A stretch of 64,000 nt of DNA from Candidatus Omnitrophota bacterium (GTDB taxonomy: Bacteria > Omnitrophota > Gorgyraeia > Gygaellales > Profunditerraquicolaceae), in the NCBI GenBank assembly GCA_028712255.1, contig JAQTQJ010000001.1, forward strand, positions 76,366 to 140,365. The letters are read 5' to 3'. Positions 60,177-64,000 of this stretch are shown here, piece by piece (within the stretch, counting starts at the first letter, position 1; each line of letters begins with the position of its first letter). The position numbers and the translations under genes are program-made. The notes beneath the pieces were generated by a model, which ran no database searches, was not told the DNA's origin, and was given only the letters and a program-made list of their open reading frames with translations.

Positions 60177-60866
60177 CTATTTTAGTTGTTCTTTGAGATT
60201 ATCGACGCGCTTAAAACAGAATTTTGCGGATGGGTAAGCGTGCTTAAGAGATGATATCCTGTAATTAAGGTCTGTGGCGTATAAATCACCAATAAATCCT
60301 ACGCCAACAAATAGGGTGGAGGCAATGTTTAAGCCATTCCATCCGGCATTAAATAGATGGCCACCAGCACCCTTACGGGCAGACCAATAGTCTCTGACAA
60401 CAATAAGCGTGCTGTAGTAAGTGGTTGCGGTAGCAGGTGGGAGGAGTAAGTTTTTAATTGTATATTTGTCACAGAGCAGATGTTCTTTTGGCGTTTTACT
60501 GGAATATTGAGATTCAGGATGGCCTAGTTCGTGGGCAAAAAGGCAGGCCATAATTTCTTTGTTATATTTGGGGTAATAAAATTCCCAAACATATTTAACA
60601 AAATATTCGGGAATTAAAATTACAACATTATTGCCTTTTTGTTGACTCTGTGGTATTCCTGCAGGCTTGGTTTGGTTGTCTTTGACAATTCGGTAAGAAT
60701 AGTAGTTTTTATATTTAAGCGGCACCTTTGTTATCATTTGGTTCCACACATCATTTAGGTTTTTTTCGTAGCCAGCAGGCAGGCTATAATATTTGGAAGA
60801 GAAATTTACCGTAGCACAACCAGATAATAGCGGGATAAGTAATAAGGCAAGTATTAGTTTCTTCAT
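60177..60866 (-). CDS. Lipoprotein with an HExxH zinc-metallopeptidase motif (FAHELGHPE); ImmA/IrrE-like or M48-like
   Basis: Start MKKLILALLLIPLLSGC (lipobox) at 60866; single HELGH motif; convergent with the HTH gene. Confidence 0.55.
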   Translation of the reverse strand: MKKLILALLLIPLLSGCATVNFSSKYYSLPAGYEKNLNDVWNQMITKVPLKYKNYYSYRIVKDNQTKPAGIPQSQQKGNNVVILIPEYFVKYVWEFYYPKYNKEIMACLFAHELGHPESQYSSKTPKEHLLCDKYTIKNLLLPPATATTYYSTLIVVRDYWSARKGAGGHLFNAGWNGLNIASTLFVGVGFIGDLYATDLNYRISSLKHAYPSAKFCFKRVDNLKEQLK

Positions 60867-60924
60867 AAGGAAAGTATAAGAGTAAAAATTTAAAAAGTCA
60901 ACAATCAGCTGTAGGAGGGAAAGG

Positions 60925-61317
60925 ATGCAAGTAGAAATTTTTGCTTTATGTGACGCAGCAACCGCAGATTTTGGTAAACTGAGCATGTTGGGAGCTTTTG
61001 ATTCAATCTGGGTAACTCAAACTCCGGCAGTACATCCACAATGCGCAATTGCATTGAGAGCGCGATTTGAGCGCATTGAACGGGGAGACCATAAAGTTAT
61101 AGTCCATTTTGTGGATATGGATGGGAAAAACGTTATCGCTCCTGCAGAAGGTGTTATAACCATAAATTTCCCCGAAGATCAAAGTTCTAATTCAGCCAAT
61201 CTGATTCTGAATATTCAAGGATTAAAGCTGGAGAGGATGGGAGAGTATTCAATTGATTTAGCCATCGATGGCCAACAGAAAGCGTCATTGCCACTTTTTG
61301 TAAAGGAACGCAAATAA
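60925..61317 (+). CDS. Hypothetical 130-aa protein
   Basis: GGAGGG RBS; no domain I can recognise; 3-nt gap to the methyltransferase gene. Confidence 0.45.
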   Translation: MQVEIFALCDAATADFGKLSMLGAFDSIWVTQTPAVHPQCAIALRARFERIERGDHKVIVHFVDMDGKNVIAPAEGVITINFPEDQSSNSANLILNIQGLKLERMGEYSIDLAIDGQQKASLPLFVKERK

Positions 61318-61320
61318 AAT

Positions 61321-61893
61321 ATGAAGATCAGAGAGAGTGGTATGCCTGAGCGCCAGATGTGGGAAAAGTTTTTTAATCCTGCAAAGATTCTGGATACGCT
61401 TGGTATAAATAACCGGATAGTTGATGTAGCAGAGTTCGGTTGTGGCTATGGTACATTTACAATTCCGGCCGCAAAAGTTATTACAGGAAAAATATTCGCG
61501 TTAGATATCGAGCCGGATATGATCCGGATTACTGAAGAAGAAGCTAAAAAGTACGGTTTGAGTAATGTCAGAACCTTTATGCGTGATTTTATGGCTGATG
61601 GTTCTGGCCTGCCTGATGGAAGTATTGATTATGCGATGCTTTTTAATATTCTTCACCTTGAGAAACCAATGTTTCTTATTAATGAGACAAAACGGATTCT
61701 AAGAGATGGGGGTAAGTTAGGAATTATTCATTGGAATTATGACTCAACTACGCCGCGTGGTCCTGCAATGGATATTCGTCCTAAACCGGAAGACTGCATA
61801 AAGTGGGCTCAAAGTGCCGGGTTCAATGGGGCTGTCCAATACGATTTAAAACCGTATCATTATGGTATTGTTTTAACAAAGACAGGACTGTAA
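61321..61893 (+). CDS. Class I SAM-dependent methyltransferase (Methyltransf_11/25-like)
   Basis: VAEFGCGYG motif I and DYAMLFNILH post-I/II motifs. Confidence 0.75.
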   Translation: MKIRESGMPERQMWEKFFNPAKILDTLGINNRIVDVAEFGCGYGTFTIPAAKVITGKIFALDIEPDMIRITEEEAKKYGLSNVRTFMRDFMADGSGLPDGSIDYAMLFNILHLEKPMFLINETKRILRDGGKLGIIHWNYDSTTPRGPAMDIRPKPEDCIKWAQSAGFNGAVQYDLKPYHYGIVLTKTGL

Positions 61894-61924
61894 AATTGGC
61901 ATTATTATCTTAACTAATATAATA

Positions 61925-62446
61925 GTGGACGGAACTAGATTGATTATATTTAGAATAGTTTTGTTATTAGTAATAGGTTCAGGCTTTCAAAGTTGCGCTT
62001 TTGCTCAAGATAAAGTCAGCCTGCAAGATAATGCAATTGGCTCGACATTTAAGACTTTAGCAAAGAGTTTTGTAGTGGTAATGGATATCGATAAATTTAA
62101 AAAAGATAACATTAGCCAAATAAATAAATTAAGGCCGGATAAGTATAAAAGAAAATACGCCAAAGTTTATGAGGTGATAAAAGAGTTGCCTCATGGCACT
62201 ATAGCAAAATATGGAATTGTTGAGGATATGCCAAGGGAACAGTTAATCAAAGATATAGAATCACTTGATAAGAGACAGATTTATGAGGCGATTGATTTAA
62301 TTCCCAATACTATTATCGCAAAAGAATTCAAAAAATATCTTGTTCGCAAGAAACAGGGAATCCAAGAAAGTAACTTAGTCAAAGAGGTTAATGCGTTTTG
62401 GAATAAGATATTGGGTAAAGTTCATGGGCCAATGTTAAAAACATAA
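61925..62446 (+). CDS. Secreted protein of unknown function
   Basis: Signal peptide ...GSGFQSCAFAQD; lysine-rich. Confidence 0.5.
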   Translation: MDGTRLIIFRIVLLLVIGSGFQSCAFAQDKVSLQDNAIGSTFKTLAKSFVVVMDIDKFKKDNISQINKLRPDKYKRKYAKVYEVIKELPHGTIAKYGIVEDMPREQLIKDIESLDKRQIYEAIDLIPNTIIAKEFKKYLVRKKQGIQESNLVKEVNAFWNKILGKVHGPMLKT

Positions 62447-62470
62447 AATATCTACTTAAAAGGGATTAAA

Positions 62471-63235
62471 ATGTCTGAATACTATACGCCAAAAAGAGAA
62501 AAGAATCTATATGACCCTAAAAGCAAAGAACCGTTTAAACTTAGCCGCTCTAAGATCGAGCTTTTCATACAATGCCCGCGCTGCTTTTACCTTGACCGCA
62601 GGCTGGGGGTGGGTGCGCCGCCAAGTTTTCCATATACTTTAAACAGTGCGGTGGATATATTGCTTAAGAAAGAGTTTGATCTATTACGTAAAAATGGGAC
62701 TGCGCATCCATTAATGACGAAATACGGGGTTGATGCGTTTCCAGCCCATCTTGTGCAACTTGAAGAGTGGAGAAATAATTTTAAAGGCGTGCAGGTGCTG
62801 GATAAGCCGACGAATTTACTAGTTTTTGGTGCAATCGATGATTTATGGCGCAATAGTAAAGGTGAATATATGGTTGTGGATTATAAATCTACCAGTAAGC
62901 CTGAAGAAATTAATGCTTTGGATAAAGAATGGCATGGTGGATACAAGCGGCAGATGGAAATTTACCAGTGGTTACTGCGGGGCAATGGTTTTAATGTAAT
63001 AGACACAGGATACTTTGTATATTGTAACGGCAATACCGCGCTTGAAAAATTTGATGGAAGGCTGGAGTTTAACCTAACGCTTATTCCTTATGAGGGGGAT
63101 GATAGCTGGGTTAGCGGCACCATCAAAGAAATACATAAATGTTTAAATAGCAATACAATCCCGCTCTCCGCGCAAAACTGCGATATGTGCGCCTACCGTA
63201 AAGCTGTTTCTGAAGTGTCAGGAGATAAAACATGA
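62471..63235 (+). CDS. PD-(D/E)XK-superfamily nuclease, Cas4-like/DUF83-type with a Cys cluster
   Basis: N-terminal SRSKIELFIQCPRCFYL, a core of D...EYMVVDYKS (the D-EXK motif), and C-terminal C-x16-C-x2-C, typical of Cas4/RecB-like Fe-S nucleases. Confidence 0.65.
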   Translation: MSEYYTPKREKNLYDPKSKEPFKLSRSKIELFIQCPRCFYLDRRLGVGAPPSFPYTLNSAVDILLKKEFDLLRKNGTAHPLMTKYGVDAFPAHLVQLEEWRNNFKGVQVLDKPTNLLVFGAIDDLWRNSKGEYMVVDYKSTSKPEEINALDKEWHGGYKRQMEIYQWLLRGNGFNVIDTGYFVYCNGNTALEKFDGRLEFNLTLIPYEGDDSWVSGTIKEIHKCLNSNTIPLSAQNCDMCAYRKAVSEVSGDKT

Positions 63236-64000
63236 AAAGCAAAGTATATTTAGTTAGCCTTGGGAATTCAGAAAAGGTTCAGGTGGTTGGTGATAAGCTT
63301 AAACGATTACTTGAGGGAAGCCGCGTTTTGGATTTTATCCAGCTGAATAATAGAGTTGCGGTGAAGATGCATTTCGGCGAAGAGGGCAATACCGGATTCG
63401 TAAAGCCGGAATACTTACGCATAATTTGCGATAAAATAACTGCTTTGAAAGCAGCAGCATTCATATCCGATACCAATACGCTTTACCGCGGCAGACGCAC
63501 TAATTCTGTCGACCATTTAGCCCTTGCCCGTGAACATGGTTTTACCCTTCAGGCAACGGGAGCAGAAATAATAGTGCCGGATGATACTGAAAAAAAGAAT
63601 GTCGTTGAGGTACCTATCAACCAGAAATTTATTAAATCGGCTAAAGTGGCGCGGCTCTTTGTGGATGCTGATGCCCTTGTGGGAGTCAGCCATTTTAAGG
63701 GCCATATTATGACTGGTTTCGGAGGAGCGCTAAAAAATATTGGAATGGGTTGCGCGGCGCGCGAAGGCAAGCTGCAGCAGCATTCTGAAGTTTCACCGGT
63801 TGTGTATCAGGATAAATGCACGGGTTGTGGTGAGTGTGAGAAAGCCTGCCCGGTAGGAGCGATTACGATTCAAAATAATAAATCGGTTATTGATGGCGCA
63901 AAATGTATCGGTTGCGCAACTTGTATTGCGGTTTGCCCGAGTTTAGCGATAGATGTCCCTTGGGGATCGGGCGCGGCCACTATTCAGGAAAAAATGATTG
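63232..64000 (+). CDS. DUF362-domain protein with two C-terminal 4Fe-4S ferredoxin motifs (CTGCGECEKACP, CIGCATCIAVCP). It is 3'-partial and runs off the window.
   Basis: I translated it manually from 63232; the ATGA overlap with the nuclease stop means no stop codon falls before 64000. It is absent from the ORF track because it is open-ended. Confidence 0.7.
   Translation, partial: MKSKVYLVSLGNSEKVQVVGDKLKRLLEGSRVLDFIQLNNRVAVKMHFGEEGNTGFVKPEYLRIICDKITALKAAAFISDTNTLYRGRRTNSVDHLALAREHGFTLQATGAEIIVPDDTEKKNVVEVPINQKFIKSAKVARLFVDADALVGVSHFKGHIMTGFGGALKNIGMGCAAREGKLQQHSEVSPVVYQDKCTGCGECEKACPVGAITIQNNKSVIDGAKCIGCATCIAVCPSLAIDVPWGSGAATIQEKMI

Overview
This is a 64-kb stretch of an AT-rich (about 40% GC) bacterial chromosome that is very gene-dense and almost entirely on the + strand. 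Overlapping stop/start codons are common. Roughly the first 55 kb is conserved housekeeping sequence. It includes purA and glycogen genes (a DUF4912 protein, a GH57 branching enzyme, and later glgA). It carries the uppS-cdsA-dxr-rseP-ispG isoprenoid/envelope cluster, an orphan CpaF-type ATPase, proS, rimP-nusA-infB, trpS, scpA and ruvB. It also carries queuosine genes (queH, queA, tgt), trmD-rplS-rnhB-yraN, and a one-carbon block (FchA-like cyclohydrolase, folD, metF) next to a bona fide acetyl-CoA synthase subunit (AcsB, with all Ni/Fe-S ligands in register). Further on are polA, coaE, rho, rpmE-prfA-prmC-murA, trpG, trpD, trpCFBA (no trpE), an M16 peptidase, a CNNM/CBS protein, rsfS, argS, recJ, and a single minus-strand gene, rpmB. 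Two families of GC-rich palindromic intergenic elements recur. One is a perfect 40-60 bp hairpin family (GGGGACGGTTCT...) that sits at gene ends like bidirectional terminators. The other is a 75-95 bp MITE/REP-like family with terminal inverted repeats GTCATTCTGAG...CTCAGAATGAC; it lies in front of rplS, rpmE, trpD, trpC and rpmB, and one copy supplies the C-terminal codons of trmD. From about 55.4 kb the character changes. A 600-bp non-coding region is followed by an accessory island of small lipoproteins and secreted proteins, including tandem paralogs and a signal-peptide-bearing ankyrin protein that shares a duplicated signal-peptide cassette with its upstream neighbour. The island also holds duplicated terminator-promoter modules, small membrane/zinc-ribbon proteins, an ORF6N (KilA-N-like) gene broken by an in-frame TGA, an HTH protein convergent with an HExxH lipoprotein, a methyltransferase pair, and a Cas4-like PD-(D/E)XK nuclease translationally coupled to a DUF362/ferredoxin gene that runs off the window end. 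I found no rRNA, tRNA, CRISPR array, transposase or integrase.
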